A stretch of DNA of 64,000 nt, from contig NC_043020.1 in NCBI RefSeq assembly GCF_006345805.1, positions 18,166,001 through 18,230,000 of the forward strand, in the 5' to 3' direction. The notes below the pieces were generated by a model. That model ran no database searches, was not told the DNA's origin, and saw only the letters and a program-made list of their open reading frames with translations. Shown in pieces: positions 13,128 to 23,711 of the stretch (positions within the stretch are counted from its first letter, which is position 1; every line of letters begins with the position of its first letter). This DNA comes from Octopus sinensis (lineage: Eukaryota). A program made the translations under genes and the position numbers.

Positions 13128-13626
13128 TAATAATAATAATAATAATAATAATCCTTTCTAATATAGGCACAAGGCCTGAAATTTGGGGGAGGGGGGACTA
13201 ATTGATTACATTGACTCGTCTGGTACTTATTTTATCAATTCCAAAAGGATGAAAGGCAAAGTCGACCTCAGCAGAATTTGAACTCAGAATGTAATGATGG
13301 CCAAAATACCACTAAGCATTTCCTCCAGTATGCTAAAAATTCTACCAGCTCACCACCTTAATAATGATAATAATAATATTAATAATAATAATCCTTTCTA
13401 CTGGAAGCACAAGGTTTCAAATTAGGGGAAAGAGATTAAGTTGATTACATCGACCCCAGTACACAACTGGTACTTATTTATTGAACCCAAAAGGATGAAA
13501 GGCGAAGATGACCTTGGTGGAATTTGAACTCATATGTGAAGACAAGCGAAATACTGCTAAGCATTTCACCCAGTGTGCTAATGATTTTGCCAGCTTGCTA
13601 ACTTAAATAATAATAATAATAATAAT
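13128..13626 (-). mobile_element. Two head-to-tail Deu/Nin-like SINEs separated by (AAT)n arrays
   Basis: Copies at about 13150-13360 and 13392-13605, each preceded on the plus strand by (AAT)n. Confidence 0.8.
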
Positions 13627-14014
13627 ATGCATGCACAATGCATTAAAGTACTGTTTGTTTGAGGTCTTTATGACTTGACAGTCAGTACAAAATCCTTGGT
13701 ACATACCACAGTATCTTCTATCTTCACCATCACAATATTGGATACTGTGTGACGTCTGAGCAGGAGTAGTGGAGAAGCATCATAGCCATGTGTTGAGAGG
13801 AATTCTTTGGGTTTTGAATAATTCGTCTCTAGAAACATGGTTGTTTATCTTGATATGAGATCACCATGTCATGCACATATAGTTGTGATGCATGTGCCTG
13901 ATGTACCCTTATCAGATGGGTATTCATGATGGGTATATTGGGCTTTGTATATTTGTACCTCAGGCTCACTTTGATGGCATGCACTGCTCTCTCAATAATA
14001 ATAATAATAATAAT
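13627..14014 (+). mobile_element. 5'-truncated R4/Dong-like non-LTR retrotransposon 3' end, copy 1
   Basis: Begins at the last ORF codons (..CIKVLFV*), followed by a 3' UTR and an (AAT)n tail. Embedded in an (AAT)n array. Confidence 0.6.
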
Positions 14015-14422
14015 ATGCATGCATACTGCATAAAGTACTGTCTGTCTGAGGTTCTTGTGACTTGACAGACAGTGAGAGAGCATCACAGCCATGTGCTGAG
14101 AGGAATTCTTTGGGGTTTGAGTAATTCACCTCTGGAAACATGGGTGTTCCATTCATCATCCTTAAACTTTATTCAGAGAGACCTTTTGAACAGGGATGGG
14201 CTACTTGACCTCAAGAAAGTCCCAATTGGACGCCATCTGGATGGTTATGTGTTGTTTACCTTGATATGAGATTACCATGTCATGCACAGGCAGTTGTGAT
14301 GCATGTGCCTAATGTACTCTTTTCAGATGGGTAGTCATGACAGGTATATCAGGCTTCATATATTTGTACCCCAGTGTCACTTTGATGGCATGTGTTACTC
14401 CCTCACTCAATAATAATAATAA
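14015..14422 (+). mobile_element. 5'-truncated R4/Dong-like non-LTR retrotransposon 3' end, copy 2
   Basis: GCA TGC ATA CTG CAT AAA GTA CTG TCT GTC TGA = ACILHKVLSV*, similar to the R4/Dong C-terminus (TAHILRKVL.*). Same 3' UTR as copy 1 and an (AAT)n tail. Confidence 0.62.
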
Positions 14423-14640
14423 ACATTCTTTCTATTTAAGGCACAAGGCCTTGAAATTTGGGGGGAAGGGACTAGTCGATTGCATTGACCCAGTGTTTCC
14501 TTGGTACTTAATTTATTGACCCCAAAAAGATGGAAGGCAAAGTTTACCCCAGCAGAATTTTAACTCAGAACGCAGCAGTAATACTGCTAAGTGTGTCACC
14601 TGGTGTGCTTACAATTCTGCCACCTCGCTGCCTTCTTAAT
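14423..14640 (-). mobile_element. Deu/Nin-like tRNA SINE
   Basis: Same family as 17665-17882. Confidence 0.78.
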
Positions 14641-16187
14641 AAAATCACCATCATCACCACTGTTTTAATGTCCACTTTTTCCATGTCTTACATGGGACAC
14701 ATGGAATTTGTTGAGGTAGATTCTCTGTGGCTGAATGCCCTTCTTGTTGACAACCCTCACCTGTTTCCTAGTAAGATATTTCCCCACCACAGAATACAGG
14801 AAATGAAAGACACCACTTGCATGATGGTGACACATGATTTTCAAGAAAATTACACATACACACACAATGTATTATGAGGGACATTCAACTGTAGGATACT
14901 TCCTCAACGAGTCTTATCCAACACATGCCAGCACAGAAAATACACAAGAACAACAATGATTTTGATGATGCACACAAATTTATAAGTGCAATTGGATGGT
15001 GTTTTTGTATAAAACATCAAAATGCTCAACATGTACCCATAAAAGTGTTGTAGGGTGTTATACACACATACTCACACACATCTGTCCCTAGTTAGTCCCA
15101 ATGTGGTGTTTTCTAAGGGCTGTATTGTCACAGCGAAGCTAATTGGGTTTATTAAGTAGACTGAAATGTAGGCAAAATGTGACCCTTTAATTTTCCCAGG
15201 TACTAGGTGAAAAGTATCACTGAATATGAGTTGACCCATCCGTTCCATGCCAGCATGGGAATCAGATGTAAAAACAACTATGACAGTAAATATATTTCCA
15301 TGACTAACAACAGTCAGGCTGACTAATTAAACATTTTATATAAACATACGTGTGTGTGTGTGTGTGTCTGTATGAATGGGTGCCTTTGTATTTGTTCGCC
15401 ACCACCATCACATAATAACCAGTGTTGATTTGCTGACATCCTAATAACTTAGCAGCTCGGCAAAACGAACCTATAGAAATAAGTCACCAGGCTTTAAAAA
15501 TAAGTAGAGTTGAGTTGACTAAACTCTTCAAAGTGGTGCTCCAGTATGGTCACAGTCCAATGACTGAAACAAGTAAAAGATAAATGATGTGGGCTATGAG
15601 CAAATGTAAAAAAAAATAATCAAAAATGGGTCATTACAACAAAGAAATTGCTTATCCTAATACAGCCTCAACGTGGTCACTTGAACTGTTAGAAATAGCA
15701 GCAAGCCCTCTTCAAATCCTACCATTAGCATCTTGAAAATGACCAAAATACACTGGGTGATGCAGACGGGATGGAAAACTTTTACATCCTAAGTTTGCCC
15801 TATTAGGGCTGACCTGGGGTTAAATAACTAGTTAGTTTTAAAAAATATATAAAAAAAAAGAAAGGAAAATTAATCTGTTTACATAATTATTTATGAGTGC
15901 AAATCTAGCGGTGGTCGATTTAAACTGTCTTTCAGTTTCTCGCATCAAGAGCAAAACACACAAGACCTATTAAAACACAATGAGGGAATTCCCATTCGTT
16001 TGAAAAATAAAAATAGAATAATCTCTTTTACTTAATAATAAAGGCATTTCATATTACACTATAATCAATATATATTTAAATCGTTTACTGAATGAAGGTT
16101 TTGTTTGTTTTTGTTTTTTAAAGTCGGTTAATGTAGTACTAATGTTGCGTAGCTCTCCTGACATAAATAGTTAACTGGCAAGTACTC

Positions 16188-16229
<42 letters not shown>

Positions 16230-16617
16230 TATGTGGTGGTATAGAAAACAAACCTGAGGTGAAAAGGAAAGCGATTATAATTATAATAAATGCATTTAAA
16301 AAATAGATAAAATAGCAATTTAAGGGAACTTCATTTGCTAATCATAAAAATAAAAATTTAACAGTCAGAGAAGAAACTGAATTTACAATTGTGTGTGTGA
16401 GTGAAATAAATTGTCTTTGAAATGTCTATTAGCTATAAAGTTTACGTTAGCATTAACTATTGATTAGTCTGATAGCAAGGAGTGGCATAAGAAATACAAA
16501 CAGAAAAGCACTATATTGATTACTTTAAAAGTAAGAACTGTGCGAAGGACACCTCTCAGCAGGGCTGGCTCTGTGTGGTTTAGAGAAGTCAAGATCATTG
16601 GGAAAGACAGACAGTAT

Positions 16618-16638
16618 AGGAGAGAGAGAGAGAGAGAG

Positions 16639-16681
<43 letters not shown>
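16618..16681. repeat. (GA)n(GT)n compound microsatellite
   Basis: Directly visible. Confidence 0.95.
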
Positions 16682-16682
<1 letters not shown>

Positions 16683-17664
16683 CTCAGAGGCACATATAGC
16701 AAGTGAAGGCGAAATATACCAAAATACTACGCAAGCTGATCTTTGCTTTCTTTAGTGGCTGGCTGGCTGGCTGAGATTATTTGTAGCTAAAAATTGATTC
16801 AAGGTAGCCATCAGAAGAAATACTAGCTTTCCAATATAGAAAATGACATCTGGACGTTGGCTTTCTGTTAAAAACTAGGCTGATGAGGGGGGGGGGTGAA
16901 ATGAAGAAATGACAAGCAATTGGAAGAGAGTAGGAAGGCACGAATAAACGAGGGAAATGTATTGATTGTAATTAAAGCCCCATCCTAGCAACATTAATTT
17001 TTCCTTTTTTCATCTCATCTGCTCCCTACCAACACACACACACGCTCATTTAAATACTTTATTGCCCAAGGAGAAACAATCATACAATATTTAGCTTCCT
17101 TTCTTTTTTAATGTCAATTGTATTAAATTATAATAGACTCTGCACATCAAGTTTTAAATTCAACAGAGCCTTATTTCTTGGTAAAGGCACCGAGAGAAAG
17201 AGAATGAGAGAGACTCTGAGAGAGAGAGAGAGAATGGAAAAAGGAGAAATACAGGCATTCGTGTGTGTATATGTGGGTGAGAGTGTACGCTATATAAAAC
17301 CCCTGCCAGCGTGGAACATGAACATTAAATGATGATGATGATGATATGTGTGTAGAGATACATGACAGGAATCCTGTATATAGACGTGCAAATTATATCA
17401 TTTTCGTCAGTCATAACTTGCCTGAAGACTGAACCTACTGGCAAGACTCGGAATAGCAAGTGACTGACTCAACTAAAATAATATATATCTATAATGTGTG
17501 TGTGTGTGCGCGCACATATACACACACTATGGTATTGAGTATTCTATTTTCTGACAATCAACCCTAAACGTGTGTGTGTGTGTGAGCAAGCCATCAACTA
17601 TTAAAGGATGACAAACTTTTGCACTAAAATTACTGGTATAGTGGTACCTATTTCTTTATTACCC

Positions 17665-17882
17665 ACATGGGGTTAAACATAGAGGAGACAAACAAGGACA
17701 GACATAGGTTATTAAGTCGATTATATCGACCCCAGTGCGTAACTGGTACTTAATTTATCGACCCCGAAAGGATGAAAGGCAAAGTCGACCTCGGCGGAAT
17801 TTGAACTCAGAACGCAACGGCAGACAAAATACCGCTAAGCATTTCGCCCGGCGTGCTAACGTGTCTGCCAGCTCGCCGCCTT
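17665..17882 (-). mobile_element. Young full-length Deu/Nin-domain-like tRNA SINE
   Basis: Minus strand reads AGGCGGCGAGCTGGCAGACACG (A box)...GAGTTCAAATTCC (B box) GCCGAGGTCGACTTTGCCTTTCATCCTTTCGGGGTCGATAAATTAAGTACCAG. CpG-rich. More than 20 related copies occur in the window. Confidence 0.85.
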
Positions 17883-18169
17883 ATTACTGGAATAGTGGTA
17901 CCCATGATGTCAAAGATACATAACTGGCACTCTGCCAGTTACAAAACAGGGTTCCAGTTGGTGCGATCAACGGAACAACCTGTTCATGAAATTAGCGTGC
18001 AAAATGGGTGAGCACTCCACAGGTATGCATACTCTTAACAGAGTTCTCAGGAATATTCAGCAAGACACATGGAATGCGACAAAACTGGCCCTTTTGAAAT
18101 AATAAGGAATGACGCATTTTTGCTAGCAGAGGGGACTGGAGGAATATGAAATAAAGTGCTAGTGGAGCG

Positions 18170-18575
18170 CTAAGAGCACCATCCGAACGTGATCGTTGCC
18201 AGAGCAGCTAACTGGTTTCCATGCCGGTGGCACGTAGAACGCACCATTCGAGCGAAATCGTTACTAGCACTTGTGCCGGTGGCACCAAGCGAGGTCGTTG
18301 CCAGTGCCGCTGGACTGGCTCCTGTGCAGGTGGCACGTAAAAAACACCATTTGAGCGTGGCCGTTGCCAGTACCGCCTGACTGGCCCTCATGCCAGTGGC
18401 ACATAAAAGCACCTACTACACTCTCGGAGTGGTTGGCATTAAGAAGGGCATCCAATGTAGAAACTCTGCCAGATCAAGATTGGAGCCTGGCGCAGTCATC
18501 TGGTTCGCCAGTCCTCAGTCAAATCGTCTAACCCATGCTAGCATGGAAAGCGGATGTTAAACGATGACGATGATG
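18170..18575 (+). mobile_element. RTE-tailed SINE-like element with four internal hairpin units
   Basis: Units near 18220, 18272, 18322 and 18388 (TGCCGGTGGCAC..AAAAGCACC), then the common tail and (GAT)n. Confidence 0.78.
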
Positions 18576-18904
18576 ATGTCTTGCTCAAGGACACAATGCA
18601 ATGCTGGGAATCCAATTCACAACCTTAAGATCATGAGGTGAACACTCTAACCACAAAGCCAGTGCCTTCACCAAAGACACATAATAGATGTTGATAGTGC
18701 TTCAAAGCAATATTCACATTATTCAATATGTGCATTTAATTTCACAACTTTTTGACAGTTTTTTATAACTCTAGTTACCGATATAAGTAGTTTCCTACAT
18801 AATGACATTGTTACTGAAACATGATAATTAATGTATATCCTTAGTAATATATTTATTGTCTCTACTTAAATGTAACTTCATCAATGGACAATATAAAATT
18901 TGTT

Positions 18905-19125
18905 TCAAGGCAGCAAGCTGACAAAAGCATTAGCATGCTGGGCAAAATGCTTAGCGCTATTTCGTCTGTCTTTACATTCTGAGGTCAAATTCTGGCGAGG
19001 TCAACTTTGCCTAGCATTCTTTCGGGGGTCAATAAATTCAAGTACTAGTTGTATACTGCGGTCGATCTAATTGACTGGCCCCTTCCCCAAAAATTTCGGG
19101 CCTTGTGCCTAGAGTAGAAAAGAAT
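18905..19125 (+). mobile_element. Deu/Nin-like tRNA SINE
   Basis: Inverted relative to the 17665 copy; same motifs. Confidence 0.78.
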
Positions 19126-19528
19126 ATAAAATCTGTTTATACACTTTCCTGTAACTCAGACCACCTCATGGCCCCAGCAAACAAAATGGAAAAGGTGTTG
19201 CCCTGGAGGAGAATGGAGGAGATGTTCTGGAATGGCCACTCTGATTTGAGGGGTTTGCACTTGCAGACAGGCAACAAGAGAGTTGCAACTGTTCCCATCT
19301 ATACTGCCCTCTTTCATGCCATCATGAGTGATGAAAGAATTTAAGTAGTAGTAACTAGCACCTTGTCAGATACTCTGACCACAGTAACAAAAAAGCCACC
19401 ATCTGTTTGTGGTTCCAAGAAGACCAAGTCTTGACTTGCAGGAAAGCGGGGAGAAGCAAGAGCAACTGCATATCAAATTTTATAATGACAATCACAGTAT
19501 GACATGAATGACTCTCTTTAGTATTTAA

Positions 19529-19745
19529 CCCTTTAGCATTTAAACCGGCCATATCCGGCCAAAAGTATTCTGCCTGTTTTATGGTAAAACTGGCCAGATC
19601 TGGTCTCTCACACCAACCCTACAATATCGTTTTAAAAATTAACAGCTACCTCATCAAAATCTCATAGCTACAAGATAATGCATGATTAGTTCAAAACAAC
19701 GTGGATAAGGATTAATTTTAGCAGAATAATGTGAACACTAAAGGG
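19529..19745 (+). mobile_element. TTAA-flanked MITE family 1 (piggyBac-like)
   Basis: TTAA|CCCTTTAG...CTAAAGGG|TTAA. Related copies lie near 3590, 4000, 7960, 9165, 19750-20265, 24610, 25292, 36810, 43335, 48580, 55870-56390 and 63650. Confidence 0.8.
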
Positions 19746-19830
19746 TTAAACTGGCTAAATCCGGCACAAATATTCTACTTGTTTTATGTTCAAACTGGCC
19801 AGATCTGGCCTGTCATACCCACCCTATAAT

Positions 19831-20132
19831 CACCGTGACTGACCAGGCTATCAGATGTTGCTACACATCGCTGGTCACAATGCGCTTCACATTGTCTTAG
19901 CCTTCAAATGATGCTACACCACTGGCCAAGCGAGCAGGCCAACAGAAGAAAGAGTGAGAGAAAGTTGCGGTGAAAGAGAACAGCAGGGATTCCCACCCCA
20001 CTCCTGCCGGAGCCTCATGGAGCTTTAGGTGTTTTCGCTCAATAAACACTCACAGCGCCCGGTCTAGGAATTGAAACCGCGATCCTACAACCGCAAGTCC
20101 GCTGCCCTAACCACTGGACCATTGCCCCTCCA
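19831..20132 (-). mobile_element. tRNA-derived SINE (third family) inserted in a TTAA MITE
   Basis: Minus strand GGAGGGGCAATGGTCCAGTGG...GGTTTCAATTCC. CACCCTATAAT is duplicated at 19820-19830 and 20137-20147 (TSD). Confidence 0.8.
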
Positions 20133-20629
20133 CACTCACCCTATAATATTACTCAAAATAAACACATCATTGAAATTCCAAAGCTACAAGATAATGCACA
20201 ACTAATTCAAATCAATGTGAATAAGCAATTACATCTGACAGAGAAATCTGAATGCTAAAAGGTTAAAGTTTGAAGATGTTAAGTTGGCAACAAGCTAAAA
20301 CAGGAGAGATGGACAGAAACTACAAACACTGCAGATTTCAATTGAAAACGTCTATCTCCTATGTGGATTTTACAAATGTATACATGCATATATAAACACT
20401 TTTGAATGACTGTTGACCCTCTCGAGTTCATCTACTTTCTGAAAGGCATTGTTTGTCATCTGGTAGGGTTTCTAAAAGCAATCAAACTTATAGGGACTAA
20501 ATGGTTTGCTTACTGCTGGCCCAATCATGCATTAAGTTGGACTAGTCTAGGTGGCAACTTGTAGCAGTTCCAGGTTATATAATCTATATGTGTGTGTGTG
20601 TGTGTATGTGTGAAAGGGCAAGAGTAAAG

Positions 20630-20958
20630 ACTTCCTTCAGTCATGAATGACCATGGGATTGCACCTAGAAAGTTCCCCTCCGAGGCACAAGCCTGAGCAA
20701 GATTGTTTATGGAAGACCAGCAGCCATCCATGCATACCAGCCTCCCCTCTCCATGCCACTGAAGTTATCCAAAGGATAGGGAAAGGCCAATACAGCTTGA
20801 GGCGCCACAACTCATTTCTACAGCTGAGTGAATTGGAGCAATGTAAAATAAAGTGACTTGCTCAAGAACACAACACACAGCCCCCAGTCTAGGAATCAAA
20901 CTCACAACCTCATGAATGTGAACTGAACACTTTAACCCCTGAGCCATGCGCCTTCACA
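20630..20958 (-). mobile_element. tRNA-derived SINE (fourth family)
   Basis: CTACAGCTGAGTGAA.TGGAGCAATGT.AAATAAAGTG.CTT.CTCAAGAACACAAC motif shared with 55930-56210 and 36240-36300. Confidence 0.7.
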
Positions 20959-20982
20959 TTATACATACATATATATAATATA

Positions 20983-21323
20983 TCTTGAGACCTACTGCAG
21001 AGCTTTTGATGTCGAGCTCCGTCAGCATGGTCTGAAGCTGATCCATGTTTTCAGCGATGAGTATGATGGGTGAGGAGCTCGCCATTGATGTTGACACCAC
21101 CTTGCCAGTCGATGCTTCTGATGATCTGTTCGATAATCGGTGGACCCACACAGTTATCGAGTGGTACCCATGCGAGCGGAAAAGACCACCCGGAAGATCT
21201 CCACAATGGTGGAGTTACAATTGGCATCACATGGATGAGAAAGGCACGATCCAGAGAGGAGCGGACAGCGTGCTGTGACCAGCGGTGTCAAATGGATGCC
21301 TGACGGACTGGTCGGTCAAGGTA

Positions 21324-21324
<1 letters not shown>
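20983..21324. mobile_element. RTE-clade LINE fragment with an internal inversion, inserted in (TA)n
   Basis: Minus part 20983-21137 = IIEQIIRSIDWQGGVNINGELLTH/ILIAENMDQLQTMLTELDIKSSAVGLKI (RT core around the FADD motif). Plus part 21132-21324 = DNRWTHTVIEWYPCERKRPPGRSPQWW (RTE C-terminus) plus 3' end. Confidence 0.85.
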
Positions 21325-21364
<40 letters not shown>

Positions 21365-21704
21365 ATATATATATATATTGTGCTGGTGCCATGTTAAAAG
21401 CACCTACCACACTTTGTAAAGTGGTTGACAAGGGCATTTAGCTGTAGAAACCAAACCAAATTGGATGGGAGCCTAGGCAGCTCTCCAATTTGTCCGCTTG
21501 GGTCTATCTGTCCAGCCCATGCCAGTACGGAAAACAAATGTTAAAGGATGATGAGGAGGAGGATATACATATAAAATGCACCTGCACTGGTGCCACATAA
21601 AACACAGCTGTGCCAGTGTCACATACAAAGGGCATCCATCCATAGTAATCATACCAAAACAGACAACTGGAACCTAGTGTAACTCTCCAGCTTGCTAGCT
21701 CATA

Positions 21705-21874
21705 TCAAACCATTTAACCCTTGCCAGGTTGGAAAGTGGACATTATATGATGATGATGATGATGATGATGATATATCACATCTACAAGAGATATAAGTTT
21801 GAGTCCTAGTGTTTGTATTAACATACTATTATAGCTTAATGTGAAGTGCCTTGAGAACCAATATTCCAAAAAAG

Positions 21875-21922
<48 letters not shown>

Positions 21923-21979
21923 CAGCATGAACATTGTCTTAAAAGAAGAACTGTATTATGGCAGTGACAGGGGTTTGTC
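21705..21979 (+). repeat. Local direct duplication, copy A (SINE tail plus unique flank)
   Basis: Aligns by eye with 23455-23711 (e.g. CCAATATTCCAAAAAA...TCCAGCATGAACATT.TCTT.AAAGAA.AACTGTATTATGGCAGTGACA). Confidence 0.8.
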
Positions 21980-22175
21980 TGTCAGAAGCTTTTTGTAGCT
22001 GTTCGGCCTAAAAGAGCAGCCAAATTCCTTCAACTGTACAGTGTATAGAACAGTCCTACACATACAAAAAGAAAGAGCAAAATTTCAGTAGGAGCACCTC
22101 TGCCATAACAGGTTTACTTTGAAATTGTTTTAGATATTGGGAATCACAAATCTGGGAGTAAAGAATTATTACCAA

Positions 22176-22682
22176 CTAGCAGTATCGCCCGGCGTTGCTC
22201 GGGTTTGTAAGGGAAATAACTATATAAGCATTTTTAGAGAGTTACTTCCCTTATAGATGCCAATTCGGGCTTTCTTAGCCATTTCTGTTTTGGTGTCTTC
22301 AAGCCATGAAGTCGTTGTTCTAAAAGAACGCTGGTCTCCTTGACAACGCTTTACGACGTTGATTTCCTTACACTCCCTTCCCCACAGCTTCACGAGGGAG
22401 GGAAGAAGGGGGAGAAGCAAACAGGTGTGACCATGGACGCCAACTCCGCCGCCATCGACACATGAAAAATTATGCATTAAAATGGAATAAAAAATGATGT
22501 TAAATTATTTTTTAAATCGTAGACTCATCGTAGACGCGCACTAATACTCAGACGGGCTCGATATGAATCACGACTATAAGATACCCAAATTTGGTTAAAC
22601 TGCACCGCAAAATGTGGGAGTAGTTAGGAATCTAAATCGAAGGGGACAGACACTCACACAACTACAGTTTTATATATATAGA
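22176..22682 (-). mobile_element. Non-autonomous Helitron, 507 bp
   Basis: Minus strand A|TCTATATATATAAAAC...CCCGAGCAACGCCGGG hairpin...CTAG|T: 5'-TC, 3'-CTAG, subterminal hairpin, A^T insertion and no TSD. Confidence 0.88.
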
Positions 22683-23454
22683 TTTCAACTTTTGCTTCTG
22701 TTTCTCTCTTTGAGCCCATCTCTGTAAAACTGGCAGCAACTTATACATTTCAGCTCTCTTTTGTCGGATGTTTATCTATGCATAGATAGATAAATGCATG
22801 CACCCATGTACACATATGCATAAATAAGAAAGTATACTGGCATACAAACATACTTGTAAAGAACCACATGCATTCACAAAATTATCGAAGACAGTAGGGT
22901 GTGATTTCAGAGAGGCATGACTGTTGCTTCAAGCATGTTAATGACCCATGTAGAGATTCACTTATTGAAATCAATGTATTCACTGCTAACACCATTGGCT
23001 TTATTCTGTAGAAATGTCCACCCACAAACCTTAAAACAAAGAATAACTTACTGAATGTGTGTGTGTAAGAGAGTATGTGAGTGTTTGTATAAATCTATGT
23101 GTAGGTTTGCTCATACTGCATGCGTGTATATGTCTCCTGGTCTACTTTCATACATTATAAATTGTCAATAAATATAAAGAAAAAAGGCAGAAATATCATT
23201 TCTAGTTATATGCTAGATCCCAAGTTAATTAAGTGCAAAAGGTAAAATAATCTTCCAGTGTTTGTGTATCAAGGGCTGAAGCTCCTTGAATCTAAGTTTC
23301 TGCTTCTCTCTTTGAATCATATGAATAATTAATAAATTAGCAATATGAAACTTGATATAATATTCCAAGGAGATTCATCTCCTAGTAAAGTGTGCATCTG
23401 TGTGTATGCACATTCACATGTGCACAAGTATGTGAGGGACTACAAGCACAATTG

Positions 23455-23711
23455 TCAAACCATCCAACCTATGCCAGGTGGGAAAGTTATATGATGATGA
23501 TGATGACGACAATGATGATATATCATGTCTACAGGTTTCAGTTCTAGTGTCTGTCCAAAAGAAGTTTTTAGCCTAATATTTAGCTTATTGTGAAGTACTT
23601 TGAGAGCCAATATTCCAAAAAAAAAAAAACAATTATATATATATATTCATTCCAGCATGAACATTATCTTTAAAAGAAAAAACTGTATTATGGCAGTGAC
23701 ATGGGTCTGTC
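23455..23711 (+). repeat. Local direct duplication, copy B
   Basis: See 21705-21979. Confidence 0.8.

Noticed and set aside
18170-18420. Repeated hairpin units resembling a CRISPR array
   Set aside because: Eukaryotic context, the 'spacers' are homologous to each other, no cas genes, and the units are part of a dispersed SINE-like repeat.
20060-20132. tRNA-like sequence (A and B boxes)
   Set aside because: No acceptor-stem pairing; it is a SINE head with a TSD. No true tRNA gene was recognised anywhere in the window.
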